A stretch of 64,000 nucleotides of DNA from positions 13,640,001 to 13,704,000 of the forward strand of contig OZ024749.1 of the NCBI GenBank assembly GCA_964016885.1. The letters run 5' to 3'. Shown here piece by piece: positions 18,001-36,000 of the stretch. The stretch's first letter is position 1. Each line of letters opens with the position of its first letter. The stretch is from Eledone cirrhosa. Taxonomy: Eukaryota. The notes below the pieces were generated by a model. It made no database searches, was not told the DNA's origin, and was given only the letters and a program-made list of their open reading frames with translations. A program made the translations under genes and the position numbers.

Positions 18001-21000
18001 ATGGTATATATAGTCTATAGCGTATATATGGTATCGTACAGTAATAAACTATGGTATATATAGTCTATACAGTATACATGGTATCGTACAGTAATAACCT
18101 ATAGTATATATAGTCTATACAGTATATATGTTATCGTACAGTAATAAACTATGGTATATATAGTCTATACAGTATATATAGTATCGTACAGTAATAACCT
18201 ACTGTATATATAGTCCATACAGTATATATGGTACGTACAGTAGAAACCTATGGTATATATAACCTATACAGTGTATTTAGTATCGTACAGTAATAAACTA
18301 TGGTATATATAGTCTATACAGTATATATAGTATCATACAGTAATAACCTATGGTATATATAGTCTATACAGTATATATGGTATCGTACAGTAATAACCTA
18401 TGGTATATATAGTCTATACAGTATGTATGGTATCGTACAGTAATAACCTATGGTATATATAGTCTATACAGTATATATGATATCGTACAGTAATAACCTA
18501 TGGTATATATAGTCTATACAGTATATATGATATCGTACAGTAATAACCTATGGTATATATAGTCTATACAGTATATATGATATCGTACAGTAATAACCTA
18601 TGGCATATATAATATATACAGTATATATGGTATCGTACAGTAATAAACTCTGGGTTATATAGTCTATGCAGTATATATGGTATCGTACAGTAATAACATA
18701 TGGTATATATAATATATACAGTATATATGGTATCGTACAGTAATAAACTCTGGGTTATATAGTCTATACAGTATATATGGAATCGTACAGTAATAAACTA
18801 TGGTATATATAGACTATACAGTATATATGATATCGTACAGTAATAACCTATGTTAATATATATAGTATATACAGTATATATGGTATCGTACTGTAACAAC
18901 CTATGATATATATAGTCTATACAGTATATATGGATTCGTACAGTAATAACCTATTGTATATATAGTATATAGTATATAGTATATAGATAGTATCGTACAG
19001 TAATAAGCTATTGTATATATAGTCTATACAGTATATATGTTATCGTACAGTAATAAACTATGGTATATATAGTCTATACAGTATATATAGTATCGTACAG
19101 TAATAACCTATTGTATATATAGTCTATACAGTATATATGGTATCGTACAGTGATAAACTATGGTATATATAGACTATACAGTATATATGGGTTCGTACAA
19201 TAATAACCTGTGGTATATATAATCTATACAGTATATATGGTATCGTGCAGTAATAATCTATGGTTTATATAGTCTATACAGTATATTTTGTATCGTACAG
19301 TAATAACCTATGGTATATATAGTCTATACAGTATATATTATATCGTACAGTAATAACCTATGGTATATATAGTCTATAGAGTATATATGGTATCGTACAG
19401 TAATAACCTATGGTATATATAGTCTATAAAGTATGTATGGTATCGTATAGTAATAAACTATGGTATATATAGTCTATACAGTATATATGGTATCGTACAG
19501 TAATAACATATGATATATATAGTCTATACAGTATATATAGTATCGTACAGTAATAACCTATGTTATATATAGTCTATACAGTATATATGATATCGTACAA
19601 TAATAACCTATTGTATATATAGTCTATACAGTATATATAGTATTCTTACAGTAATAACCTATGGTATATATAGTCTATACAGTATATATAGTATCGTACA
19701 GTAATAACCTATGGTATATATAGTCTATACAGTATATATAGTATCGTACAGTAATAACATATGGTATATATAGTCTATACAGTATATTTAGTATCGTACA
19801 GTAATAAATTATGGTATATATAGTCTATACAGTATATATAGTATCGTACACTAATAACCTATGGTATATATAGTCTATACAGCATATATGGTATCGTACA
19901 GTAATAACCTATGCTATATACAGTCTATACAGTATATATAGTATCGTACAGTAATAACCTATGGTATATATAATCTATACAGTATGTATGGTATCGTACA
20001 GTAATAAACTATGGTATATATAGTATATACAGTATATATGGTATCGTACAGTAATAACCTATGGTATATATAGTATATACAGTATATATGGTATCGTACA
20101 GTAATAACCTACTGTGTATATAGTCTATACAGTATATATGTTATCGTACAGTAATAACCTATAGTATATATAGTCTATACAGTATGTATGGTATCGTACA
20201 GTAATAAACTATGGTATATATAGTCTATACAGTATATATGGTATCATACAGTAATAAACTATGGTATATATAGTCTATACAGTATATATAGTATCGTACA
20301 GTAATAACCTATAGTATATATAGTCTATACAGTATGTATGGTATCGTACAGTAATAAACTATGGTATATATAGTCTATACAGTATATTTTGTATCGTACA
20401 GTAATAAACTATGGTATATGTAGTCTATACAGTATATATAATATCGTACAGTAATAAGCTATGGTATATATAGTCCATAGAGTATATATGGTATCGTACA
20501 GTAATAACCTATTGTATATATAGTATATACAGTATATATGGTATCGTACAGTAACAACCTATGGTATATATAGTCTATACAGTATATATGGTGTCGTACA
20601 GTAATAACCTCTGGTATATATAGTCTATACAGTATATATAGTATCGTACAGTAATAACCTATGGTATATATTGTCTATAAAGTATATATGCTATCGTACA
20701 GTAATAAAACAAAAAGGTATATATAGTCTATACAGTATAGATGGTATCGTACAGTATTAATCTATGGTATATATAGTCTATACAGTATATATGGTATCGT
20801 ACAGTAATAACCTGCGGTATATATAGTCTATACAGTATATATGATATCGTACAGTAATAACCTATGGTATATATAGTCTATACAGTATATATAGTATCGT
20901 ACAGTAATAACCTATGGTATATATAGTCTATACAGTATGTATGGTATCGTACAGTAATAATCTATGGTATATATAGTCTATACAGTATATATAGTATCGT

Positions 21001-24000
21001 ACAGTAATAAACTATGGTATATATGGTCTATACAGTATATTTTGTATCGTACAGTAATAAACTATGGTATATATAGTCTATACAGTATATATAATATCGT
21101 ACAGTAATAACCTATGGTATATATAGTCTATACAGTATATATGTTATCGTACAGTAATAACCTATGGTATATATAGTCTATAGAGTATATATGGTATCGT
21201 ACAGTAATAAACTATGGTATATATAGTCTATACAGTATATATGCTATCGTACAGTGATAAACTATGGTATATATAGTCTATACAGTATATATGGATTCGT
21301 ACAGTAATAACCTATTGTATATATAGTCTATACAGTATATATGATATCGTACAGTAATAACCTATGGTAGATATAGTCTATACAGTATATATGAAATCGT
21401 ACAGTAATAACCTATTGTATATATAGTATATACAGTATATATGGTATCGTACAGTAGAAACCTATGGTATATATAAACTATACAGTATATTTAGTATCGT
21501 ACAGTAATAAACTATGGTATATATAGTCTATACAGTATATATAGTATCATACAGTAATAACCTATGGTATATATAGTCTATACAGTATATATGGTATCGC
21601 AAAGTAAAAACCTATGATATATATAGTCTATACAGTATGTATGGTATCGTACAGTAATAACCTATGGTATATATAGTCTATACAGTATATATGATATCGT
21701 ACAGTAATAACCTATGGTATATATAGTCTATACAGTATATATGATATCGTACAGTAATAACCTATGGTATATATAGTCTATACAGTATATATGATATCGT
21801 ACAGTAATAACCTATGGCATATATAATATATACAGTATATATGGTATCGTACAGTAATAAACTCTGGGTTATATAGTCTATACAGTATATATGGAATCGT
21901 ACAGTAATAACATATGGTATATATAATATATACAGTATATATGGTATCGTACAGTAATAAACTCTGGATTATATAGTCTATACAGTATATATGGAATCGT
22001 ACAGTAATAAACTATGGTATATATAGTCTATACATTATATATGATATCGTACAGTAATAACCTATGTTAATATATATAGTATATACAGTATATATGGTAT
22101 CGTACAGTAACAACCTATGATATATATAGTCTATACAGTATAAATGGTATCGTACAGTAATAACCTATTGTATTTATAGTATATAGTATATAGATAGTAT
22201 CGTGCAGTAATAAGCTATGGTATATATAGTCTATACAGTATATATAGTATCATACAGTAATAACCTATGGTATATATAGTCTATACAGTATATATGGTAT
22301 CGTACAATAATAACCTATGGTATATATAGTCTATACAGTATATATGATATCGTACAGTAATAACCTATGGTAGATATAGTTTATAGCGTATATATGATAT
22401 TGTACAGTAATAACCTATTGTATATATAGTCTATAAAGTATATATGATATCGTACAGTAATAACCTATGGTATATATCGTCTATACAGTATATATGGTAT
22501 CGTACAGTAATAACCTCTGGTATATATACTCTATACAGTATATATGGTATCGTACAGTAACAACCTATGGTATTAATAGTCTATGCAGTATATATGGTAT
22601 CGTACAGTAATAAACCATGGTATATATATTCTATACAGTATATATGGTATCGTACAGTAATAAACTATGGTATATATATTCTATACAGTGTATATAGTAT
22701 CGTACAGTAATGACCTATGGTATATATAGTCTATACAGTATATATGATATCGTACAGTAATAACATATGTTATATATAGTCTATACAGTATATATGGTAT
22801 CGTATAGTAATAACCTATGGTATATATAGTCTATAGAGTATATATGATATCGTAGAGTAATAACCTATTGTATATATAGTGTATACAGTATATATGATAT
22901 CGTACAGTAATAACCTATGGTATATATAGTCTATAAAGTATATATGGTATCGTACAGTAATAAACTATGGTATATATAGTCTATACAGTATATATGATAT
23001 CGTACAGTAATAACCTATGGTATATATAGTCTATAGAGTATATATGGCATCGTACAGTAATAAAATATCGTATATATATTCTATACTGTATATATGGTAT
23101 CGTACAGTAATAACCTATTGTATATATAGTCTATACAGTATATATGGTATCGTACATTAATAACCTATGGTATATATAGTCTATACAGTATATATGATAT
23201 CGTACAGTAATAACATATGTTATATATAGTCATTACAGTATATATGTTATCGTACAGTAATAACCTATGGTATATATAGTCTATACAGTATATATAATAT
23301 CGTATAGTAATAACCTATGGTATATATAGTCTATACAGTATATATGATATAGTACAGTAATAACCTATGGTATATACAGTCTATACAGTATATATGGTAT
23401 CGTACAGTAATAAACTATGGTATATATAGTCTATACAGTATATATGGTATCGTACAGTAATAACCTTTGGTATATATAGTCTATACAGTATATATGATAT
23501 CGTAAAGTAATAACCTATGGCATATATAGTCTATATAGTATATATGATATCGTACAGTAATAACCTATGGTATATATAGTCTATACAGTATATATGGTAT
23601 CGTACAGTAATAACCTTTGGTATATATAGTCTATACAGTATATATGGTATCGTACAGTAATAACCTATGGTATATATAGTCTATACAGTATATATGGTAT
23701 CGTACAGTAATAACCTATGGTATATATAGTCTATACAGTATATATAGTATCGTACAGTAATAAACTATGGTATATATATAGTCTATACAGTATATATGGT
23801 ATCGTACAGTAATAACCTTTGGTCTATATAGTCTATACAGTATATATGATATCGTAAAGTAATAACCTATGGCACATATAGTCTATATAGTATATATGAT
23901 ATCGTACAGTAATAACCTATGGTATATATAGTCTATACAGTATATATGGTATCGTACAGTAATAACCTTTGGTATATATTGTCTGTACAGTATATATGGT

Positions 24001-27000
24001 ATCGTACAGTAATAACCTATGGTATATATAGTCCATACAGTATATATGGTATCGTACAGTAATAACCTATGGTATATATAGTCTATACAGTATATATAGT
24101 ATCGTACAGTAATAAACTATGGTATATATAGTCTATACAGTATATATAGTATCGTACAGTAATAACCGATGGTATATATATAGTCTATACAGTATATATA
24201 GTATCGTACAGTAATAACCTATGGTATATATAGTCTATGCAGTATATATAGTATCGTACAGTAATAAACTATGGTATATATAGTCTATACAGTATATATA
24301 GTATCGTACAGTAATAACCTATGGTATATATAGTCTATACAGTATATATAGTATCGTACAGTAATAACCTATGGTATATATAGTCTATACAGTATATATT
24401 GTATCGCACAGTAATAAACTCTGGTATATATAGTCTATACAGCATATATGGTATCGTAAAGAAATAACCTATTGTATATATAGTCTATACAGTATATATG
24501 ATATCGTACAGTAATAACCTATGGTATATATAGTCTATACAGTATATATGTTATCGTACAGTAATAACCTATGGTATATATAGTCTATACAGTATATATG
24601 ATATCGTACAGTAATAACCTATGTTATATATAGTCTATACAGTATATATAGTATCGTACAGTAATAACCTATGGTATATATATTCTATGCAGTATATATA
24701 GTATCGTACAGTAATAAACTATGGTATATATAGTCTATACAGTATATATAATATCGTACAGTAATAACCTATGGTATATATAGTCTATACAGTATATATG
24801 TTATCGTACAGCAATAACCTATGGTATATATAGTCTATAGAGTATATATGGTATCGTACAGTAATAAACTATGGCATATATAGTCTATACAGTATATATG
24901 GTATCGTACAGTGATAAACTATGGTATATATAGTCTATACAGTATATATGGTTTCGTACAGTAATAACCTTTTGTATATATAGTCTATACAGTATATATG
25001 AAATCGTACAGTAATAACCTATTGTATATATAGTATATACAGTATATATCGTATCGTACAGTAACAACCTATGGTATATATAGTCTATACAGTATATATG
25101 GTGTCGTACAGTAATAACCTCTGGTATATATAGTCTATACAGTATATATAGTATCGTACAGTAATAACCTATGGTATATATTGTCTATACAGTATATATG
25201 ATATCGTACAGTAATAACCTGTTGTATATATAGTCTATACAGTATATATAGTATCGTACAGTAATAACCTATGGTATATATAGTCTATACAGTATATATG
25301 GTATCGTACAGTAATAATCTATGGTATATATAGTCTATACAGTATATATAGTATCGTACAGTAATAACCTATGTTATATATAGTCTATACAGTATATATG
25401 GTATCGTACAATAATAACCTATGGTATATATAGTCTATAGAGTATATATGATATCGTACAGTAATAACATATGGTATATATAATATATACAGTATATATG
25501 ATATCGTACAGTAATAAACTCTGGATTATATAGTCTATACAGTATATATGGAATCGTACAGTAATAAACTATGGTATATATAGTCTATACAGTATATATG
25601 ATATCGTACAGTAATAACCTATGTTAATATATATAGTATATACAGTATATATGGTATCGTACAGTAACAACCTATGATATATATAGTCTATACAGTATAT
25701 ATGGTATCGTACAGTAATAACCTATTGTATATATAGTATATAGTATATAGATAGTATCGTACAGTAATAGGCTATGGTATATATAGTCTATACAGTATAT
25801 ATAGTATCATACAGTAATAACCTATGTTATATATAGTCTATACAGTATATATGGTATCGTACAATAATAACCTATGGTATATATAGTCTATAGAGTATAT
25901 ATGATATCGTACAGTAATAACCTATGGTATATATAGTTTATAGAGTATATATGATATCGTACAGTAATAACCTATTGTATATATAGTCTATAAAGTATAT
26001 ATGATATCGTACAGTAATAACCTATGGTATATATCGTCTATACAGTATATATGGTATCGTACAGTAATAACCTCTGGTATATATCCTCTATACAGTATAT
26101 ATGGTATCGTACAGTAACAACCTATGGTATTAATAGTCTATACAGTATATATGGTATCGTACAGTAATAAACCATGGTATATATATTCTATACAGTATAT
26201 ATGGTATCGTACAGTAATAAACTATGGTATATATATTCTATACAGTGTATATAGTATCGTACAGTAATAACCTATGGTATATATAGTCTATACAGTATAT
26301 ATGATATCGTACAGTAATAACATATGTTATATATAGTCTATACAGTATATATGGTATCGTATAGTAATAACCTATGGTATATATAGTCTATAGAGTATAT
26401 ATGATATCGTACAGTAATAACCTATTGTATATATAGTGTATACAGTATATATGATATCGTACAGTAATAACCGATGGTATATATAGTCTATACAGTATAT
26501 ATAGTATCGTACAGTAATAACCTATGGCATATATAGTCTATGCAGTATATATAGTATCGTACAGTAATAAACTATGGTATATATAGTCTATACAGTATAT
26601 ACTGTATCGCACAGTAATAAACTCTGGTATATATAGTCTATACAGCATATATGGTATCGTAAAGAAATAACCTATTGTATATATAGTCTATACAGTATAT
26701 ATGATATCGTACAGTAATAACCTATGGTATATATAGTCTATACAGTATATATAGTATCGAACAGTAATAACCTATGGTATATATAGTCTATGCAGTATAT
26801 ATAGTATCGTACAGTAATAAACTATGGTATATATAGTCTATACAGTATATATAATATCGTACAGTAATAACCTATGGTATATATAGTCTATACAGTATAT
26901 ATGTTATCGTACAGCAATAACCTATGGTATATATTGTCTATAGAGTATATATGGTATCGTACAGTAATAAACTATGGCATATATAGTCTATACAGTATAT

Positions 27001-30000
27001 ATGGTATCGTACAGTGATAAACTATGGTATATATAGTCTATACAGTATATATGGTTTCGTACAGTAATAACCTATTGTATATATAGTCTATACAGTATAT
27101 ATGATATCGTACAGTAATAACCTATGGTAGATATAGTCTATACAGTATATATGAAATCGTACAGTAATAACCTATGGTATATATAGTCTATACAGTATAT
27201 ATGGTGTCGTACAGTAATAACCTCTGGTATATATAGTCTATACAGTATATATAGTATCGTACAGTAATAACCTATGGTATATATTGTCTATACAGTATAT
27301 ATGATATCGTACAGTAATAACCTGTTGTATATATAGTCTATACAGTATATATAGTATCGTACAGTAATAACCTATGGTATATATAGTCTATACAGTATAT
27401 ATGGTATCGTACAGTAATAATCTATGGTATATATAGTCTATACAGTATATATAGTATCGTACAGTAATAACCTATGGTATATATAGTCTATAAAGTATAT
27501 ATTGTATCGTACAGTAATAACCTATGGTATATATAGTCTATACAGTATATATGGTATCGTACAGTAATAACCTATGGTATATATAGTCTATACAGTATAT
27601 ATGGTAGCGTACAGTAATAACCTATGGTATATATATCTATACATTATATATGATATCGTACAGTAATAAACTATGGTATATATAATCTATACAGTATAGA
27701 TAGTATCGTACAGTAATAAGCTATGGTATATATAGTCTATACAGTATATATAGTATCATACAATAATAAACTATGGTATATATAGTCTATACAGTATATA
27801 TGGTATCGTACAGTAATAAACTATGGTATATATAGTCTATACAGTATATATAGTATCGTACAGTAATAACCTATGGTATATATAGTCTATACAGTATATA
27901 TTGTATCGTACAGTAATAACCTATAGTATATATAGTCTATACAGTATATATGGTATCGTACAGTAATAAACTATGGTATATATAGTCTATACAGTATATA
28001 TGGTATCGTACAGTAATAAACTATGGTATATATAGTCTATACAGTATATATGGTTTCGTACAGTAATAAACTATGGTATATATAGTCTATACAGTATATA
28101 TCCTATCGTACAGTAATAACCTATAGTATATATAGTCTATACAGTATATATGGTATCGTACAGTAATAACCTACTGTATATATAGTCTATACAGTATATA
28201 TGGTATCGTACAGTAGAAACCTATGGTATATATAAACTATACAGTATATTTAGTATCGTACAGTAATAAACTATGGTATATATAGTCTATACAGTATATA
28301 TAGTATCATACAGTAATAACCTATGGTATATATAGTCTATACAGTATATATGGTATCGCAAAGTAATACCCTATGGTATATATAGTCTATACAGTATGTA
28401 TGGTATTGTACAGTAATAACCTATGGTATATATAGTCTATACAGTATATATGATATCGTACAGTAATAAGCTATGGTATATATAGTCTATACACTATATA
28501 TGATATCGTACAGTAATAACCTATGGTATATATAGTCTATACAGTATATATGATATCGTACAGTAATAACCTATGGCATATATAATATATACAGTATATA
28601 TGGTATCGTACAGTAATAAACTCTGGGTTATATAGTCTATACAGTATATATGGAATCGTACAGTAATAACATATGGTATATATAATATATACAGTATATA
28701 TGATATCGTACAGTAATAAACTATGGTATATATAGTCTATACACTATATATGATATCGTACAGTAATAACCTATGTTAATATATATAGTATATACAGTAT
28801 ATATGGTATCGTACAGTAACAACCTATGATATATATAGTCTATACAGTATATATGGTATCGTACAGTAATAACCTATTGTATATATAGTATATAGTATAT
28901 AGATAGTATCGTACAGTAATAGGCTATGGTATATATAGTCTATACAGTATATATAGTATCATACAGTAATAACCTATGGTATATATAGTCTATACAGTAT
29001 ATATGGTATCGTACAATAATAACCTATGGTATATATAGTCTATAGAGTATATATGATATCGTACAGTAATAACCTATGGTATATATAGTTTATAGAGTAT
29101 ATATGATATCGTACAGTAATAACCTATTGTATATATAGTCTATAAAGTATATATGATATCGTACAGTAATAACCTATGGTATATATCGTCTATACAGTAT
29201 ATATGGTATCGTACAGTAATAACCTCTGGTATATATACTGTATACAGTATGTATGGTATCGTACAGTAACAACCTATGGTATTAATAGTCTATACAGTAT
29301 ATATGGTATCGTACAGTAATAAACCATGGTATATATATTCTATACAGTATATATGGTATCGTACAGTAATAAACTATGGTATATATATTCTATACAGTGT
29401 ATATAGTATCGTACAGTAATAACCTATGGTATATATAGTCTATACAGTATATATGATATCGTACAGTAATAACATATGTTATATATAGTCTATACAGTAT
29501 ATATGGTATCGTATAGTAATAACCTATGGTATATATAGTCTATAGAGTATATATGATATCGTACAGTAATAACCTATTGTATATATAGTCTATACAGTAT
29601 ATATGATATCGTACAGTAATAACCGATGGTATATATAGTCTATACAGTATATATAGTATCGTACAGTAATAACCTATGGCATATATAGTCTATGCAGTAT
29701 ATATAGTATCGTACAGTAATAAACTATGGTATATATAGTCTATACAGTATATATAGTATCGTACAGTAATAACCTATGGTATATATAGTCTATACAGTAT
29801 ATATAGTATCGTACAGTAATAACCTATGGTATATATAGTCTATACAGTATATATTGTATCGCACAGTAATAAACTCTGGTATATATAGTCTATACAGTAT
29901 ATATGGTATCGTAAAGAAATAACCTATTGTATATATAGTCTATACAGTATATATGATATCGTACAGTAATAATCTATGGTATATATAGTCTATACAGTAT

Positions 30001-33000
30001 ATATGTTATCGTACAGTAATAACCTATGGTATATATAGTCTATACAGTATATATGATATCGTACAGTAATAACATATGGTATATATAATATATACAGTAT
30101 ATATGATATCGTACAGTAATAAACTCTGGATTATATAGTCTATACAGTATATATGGAATCGTACAGTAATAAACTATGGTATATATAGTCTATACAGTAT
30201 ATATGATATCGTACAGTAATAACCTATGTTAATATATATAGTATATACAGTATATATGGTATCGTACAGTAACAACCTATGATATATATAGTCTATACAG
30301 TATATATAGTATCGTACAGTAATAACCTATGGTATATATAGTCTATACAGTATATATGGTATCGTACAGTAATAACCTTTTGTATATATAGTCTATACAG
30401 TATATATGGTATCGTACAGTAATAACCTATGGTATATATCGTCTATACAGTATATATGGTATCGTACAGTAATAACCTCTGGTATATATACTCTATACAG
30501 TATATATGGTATCGTACAGTAACAACCTATGGTATTAATAGTCTATAGAGTATATATGGTATCGTACAGTAATAAACCATGGTATATATATTCTATACAG
30601 TATATATGGTATCGTACAGTAATAAACTATGGTATATATATTCTATACAGTGTATATAGTATCGTACAGTAATAACCTATGGTATATATAGTCTATACAG
30701 TATATATGATATCGTACAGTAATAACATATGTTATATATAGTCTATACAGTATATATGGTATCGTATAGTAATAACCTATGGTATATATAGTCTATAGAG
30801 TATATATGATATCGTACAGTAATAACCTATTGTATATATAGTGTATACAGTATATATGATATCGTACAGTAATAACCTATGGTATATATAGTCTATAAAG
30901 TATATATGGTATCGTACAGTAATAAACTATGGTATATATAGTCTATACAGTATATATGATATCGTACAGTAATAAACTATGGTATATATAGTCTATACAG
31001 TATATATAGTATCGTACAGTAATAACATATGGTATATATAATCTATACAGTGTATATAGTATCGTACAGTAATAACATATGGTATATATAGTCTATACAG
31101 TATATATGGTATCGTACAGTAATAACCTATGGTATATATAGTCTATACAGTATATATGATATCGTATAGTAATAACCCTTGGTGTATATAGTCTATAGAG
31201 TATATATGGTATCGTACAGTAATAAACTATGCTATATATAGTCTATACAGTATATATGATATCGTACTGTAATAACCTATGGTATATATAGTCTATACAG
31301 TATATATGATATCGTAAAGTAATAACCTATCGCATATATAGTCTATACAGTATATATGATATCGTACAGTATTAACCTATGGTATATATAGTCTATACAG
31401 TATATATGGTATCGTACAGTAATAACCTATGGTATATATAGTCTATAGAGTATATATAGTATCGTACTGTAATAACCTATGGTATATATAGTCTATACAG
31501 TATATATGGTATCGTACAGTAATAATCTATGGTATATATAGTCTATACAGTATATATGATATCGTACAGTAATAACCTATGGTATATATAGTCTATAGAG
31601 TATATATGCTATCCTACAGTAATAAACTATGGTATATATATTCTATAGAGTATATATGATATCGTACAGTAATAACCTATGGTATATATATTCTATAGAG
31701 TATATATGATATCGTACAGTAATAACTTATGGTATATATAGTCTATACAGTATATATGATATCGTAAAGTAATAACCTATGGCATATATAGTCTATATAG
31801 TATATATGATACCGTACAGTAATAACCTCTGGTATATATAGTCTATACAGTATATATGGTATCGTACAGTAATAACCTTTGGTATATATAGTCTATACAG
31901 TATATATGGTATCGTACAGTAATAACCTATGGTATATATAGTCTATACAGTATATATGGTATCGTACAGTAATAACCTATGGTATATATAGTCTATACAG
32001 TATATATGATATCGTACAGTAATAACCTTTGGTATATATAGTCTATACAGTATATATGGTATCGTACAGTAATAACCTATGGTATATATAGTCTATACAG
32101 TATATATGATATCGTATAGTAATAACCTATGGTATATATAGTCTATACAGTATATATGATATCGTACAGTAATAAACTATGATATATATAGTCTATACAG
32201 TATATATGGTATCGTACAGTAATAAACTATGGTATATATAGTCTATACAGTATATATGGTATCTTACAGTAATAACCTTTGGTATATATAGTCTATACAG
32301 TATATATGATATCGTAAAGTAATAACCTATGGCATATATAGTCTATATAGTATATATGATATCGTACAGTAATAACCTATGGTATATATAGTCTATACAG
32401 TATATATGGTATCGTACAGTAATAACCTTTTGTATATATAGTCTATACAGTATATATGGTATCGTACAGTAATAACCTATGGTATATATAGTCTATACAG
32501 TATATATGGTATCGTACAGTAATAACCTATGGTATATATAGTCTATACAGTATATATAGTATCTTACAGTAATAAACTATGGTATATATAGTCTATACAG
32601 TATATATGGTATCGTACAGTAATAACCTTTGGTATATATAGTCTATACAGTATATATGATATCGTAAAGTAATAACCTATGGCATATATAGTCTATATAG
32701 TATATATGATATCGTACAGTAATAACCTATGGTATATATATTCTATACTGTATATACGGTATCGTACAGTAATAACCTTTGGTATATATTGTCTATACAG
32801 TATATATGGTATCGTACAGTAATAACCTATGGTATATATAGTCTATACAGTATATATGGTATCGTACAGTAATAACCTATGGTATATATAGTCTATACAG
32901 TATATATAGTATCGTACAGTAATAAACTATGGTATATATAGTCTATACAGTATATATAGTATCGTACAGTAATAACCTATGGTATATATAGTCTATACAG

Positions 33001-36000
33001 TATATATTGTATCGCACAGTAATAAACTCTGGTATATATAGTCTATACAGTATATATGGTATCGTACAGAAATAACCTATTGTATATATAGTCTATACAG
33101 TATATATGATATCGTACAGTAATAACCTATGGTATATATAGTCTATACAGTATATATGTTATCGTACAGTAATAACCTATGGTATATATAGTCTATACAG
33201 TATATATGATATCGTACAGTAATAACCTATGGTATATATAGTCTATACAGTATATATGGTATCGTACTGAAATAACCTATTGTATATATAGTCTATACAG
33301 TATATATGGTATCGTACAGTAATAAACTATGATATATATAGTCTATACAGTATATATGGTATCGTACAGTAATAACCTATTGTATATATAGTCTATACAG
33401 TATATATGGTATCGTACAGTAATAAACTATGATATATATAGTCTATACAGTATATATGGTATCGTACAGTAATAAACTATTGTATATATAGTCTATACAG
33501 TATATATGGTATCGTACAGTAATAAACTATGATATATATAGTCTATACAGTATATATGGTATCGTACAGTAATAACCTATGGTATATATAGTCTATATAG
33601 TATATATGGTATCGTACAGAAATAACCTATGGTATATCTTGTCTATACAGTATATATAGTATCGTACAGTAATAACATATGGTATATATAATCTATACAG
33701 TATATATAGTATCGTACAGTAATAACATATGGTATATATAGTCTATACAGTATATATGGTATCGTACAGTAATAACATATGGTATATATAGTCTATACAG
33801 TATATATGATATCGTATAGTAATAACCATTGGTTTATATAGTCTATAGAGTATATATGGTATCGTACAGTAATAAACTATGCTATATATAGTCTATACAG
33901 TATATATGATATCGTACTGTAATAACCTATGGTATATATAGTCTATACAGTATATATGATATCGTAAAGTAATAACCTATCGCATATATAGTCTATACAG
34001 TATATATGATATCGTACAGTATTAACCTATGGTATATATAGTCTATACAGTATATATGGTATCGTACAGTAATAATCTATGGTATATATAGTCTATACAG
34101 TATATATGATATCGTACACTAATAACCTATGGTATCTATAGTCTATACAGTATATATGGTATCATACAGTAATAACCTATTGTATATATAGTCTATACAG
34201 TATATATGGTATCGTACAGTAATAATCCATGGTATATTATGTCTATACAGTATATACGGTATCGTACAGTAATAACCTATGGTATATATAGTCTATAGAG
34301 TATATATAGTATCGTACTGTAATAACCTATGGTATATATAGTCTATACAGTATATATGGTATCGTACAGTAATAATCTATGGTATATATAGTCTATACAG
34401 TATATATGATATCGTACAGTAATAACCTATGGTATATATAGTCTATAGAGTATATATGCTATCGTACAGTAATAAACTATGGTATATATATTCTATAGAG
34501 TATATATGATATCGTACAGTAATAACCTATGGTATATATATTCTATAGAGTATATATGATATCGTACAGTAATAACTTATGGTATATATAGTCTATACAG
34601 TATATATGATATCGTAAAGTAATAACCTATGGCATATATAGTCTATATAGTATATATGATACCGTACAGTAATAACCTCTGGTATATATAGTCTATACAG
34701 TATATATGGTATCGTACAGTAATAACCTTTGGTATATATAGTCTATACAGTATATATGGTATCGTACAGTAATAACCTATGGTATATTAAGTCTATACAG
34801 TATATACGGTATCGTACAGTAATAACCTATGGTATATATTGTCTATACAGTATATATGGTATCCTACAGTAATAACATATGGTATATATATAGTCTATAC
34901 AGTATATATGGTATCGTACAGTATTAAACTATGGTATATATAGTCTATACAGTATATATCGTATCGTACAGTAATAACCTCTGGTATATATAGTCTATAG
35001 AGTATATATGATATCGTACAGTAATAACCTATGGTATATATAGTCTATACAGTATATGTGATATCGTACAGTAATAACCTATGGTATATATAGTCTATAC
35101 AGTATATATGTTATCGTACAGTAATAACTTATGGCATATACAGTCTATAGAGTATATATGGTATCGTACAGTAATAACATATGGTATATATAATATATAC
35201 AGTATATATGGTATCGTACAGTAATAAACTCTGGGTTATATAGTCTATACAGTATATATGGAATCGTACAGTAATAAACTATGGTATATATAGTCTATAC
35301 AGTATATATGATATCGTACAGTAATAACCTATGTTAATATATATAGTATATATACTATATATGGTATCGTACAGTAATAACCTTTGGTATATATAGTATA
35401 TACAGTACATATGGTATCGTACAGTAATAACCTATGGTATATATAGTCTATACAGTATATATGGTATCGCACAGTAATAAACTCTGGTATATATAGTCTA
35501 TACAGTATATATGATATCGTACAGTAATAACCTATGGTATATATAGTATATACAGTATATATGATATCGTAGAGTAATAACCTATGGTATATATAGTCTA
35601 TACAGTATATATAGTATCGTACAGTAATAAACTATGGTATATATAGTCTATACAGTATATATAGTATCGTACAGTAATAAACTATGGTATATATAGTCTA
35701 TACAGTATATATGATATCGTACAGTGATAACATATGGTATATATAGTCTATACAGTATATATGGTATCGTACAGTAATAACCTATTGTATATATAGTCTA
35801 TACAGTATATATGGTATCGTACAGTAATAACCTATGTTATATATTCTCTATACAGTATATATGGTATCGTACAGTAATAACCTATTATATATATAGTCTA
35901 TACAGTATATATGGTATCGTACAGTAATAACCTATTGTATATATAGTCTATACAGTATATATAGTATCGTACAGTAATAAACTATGATATATATAATCTA

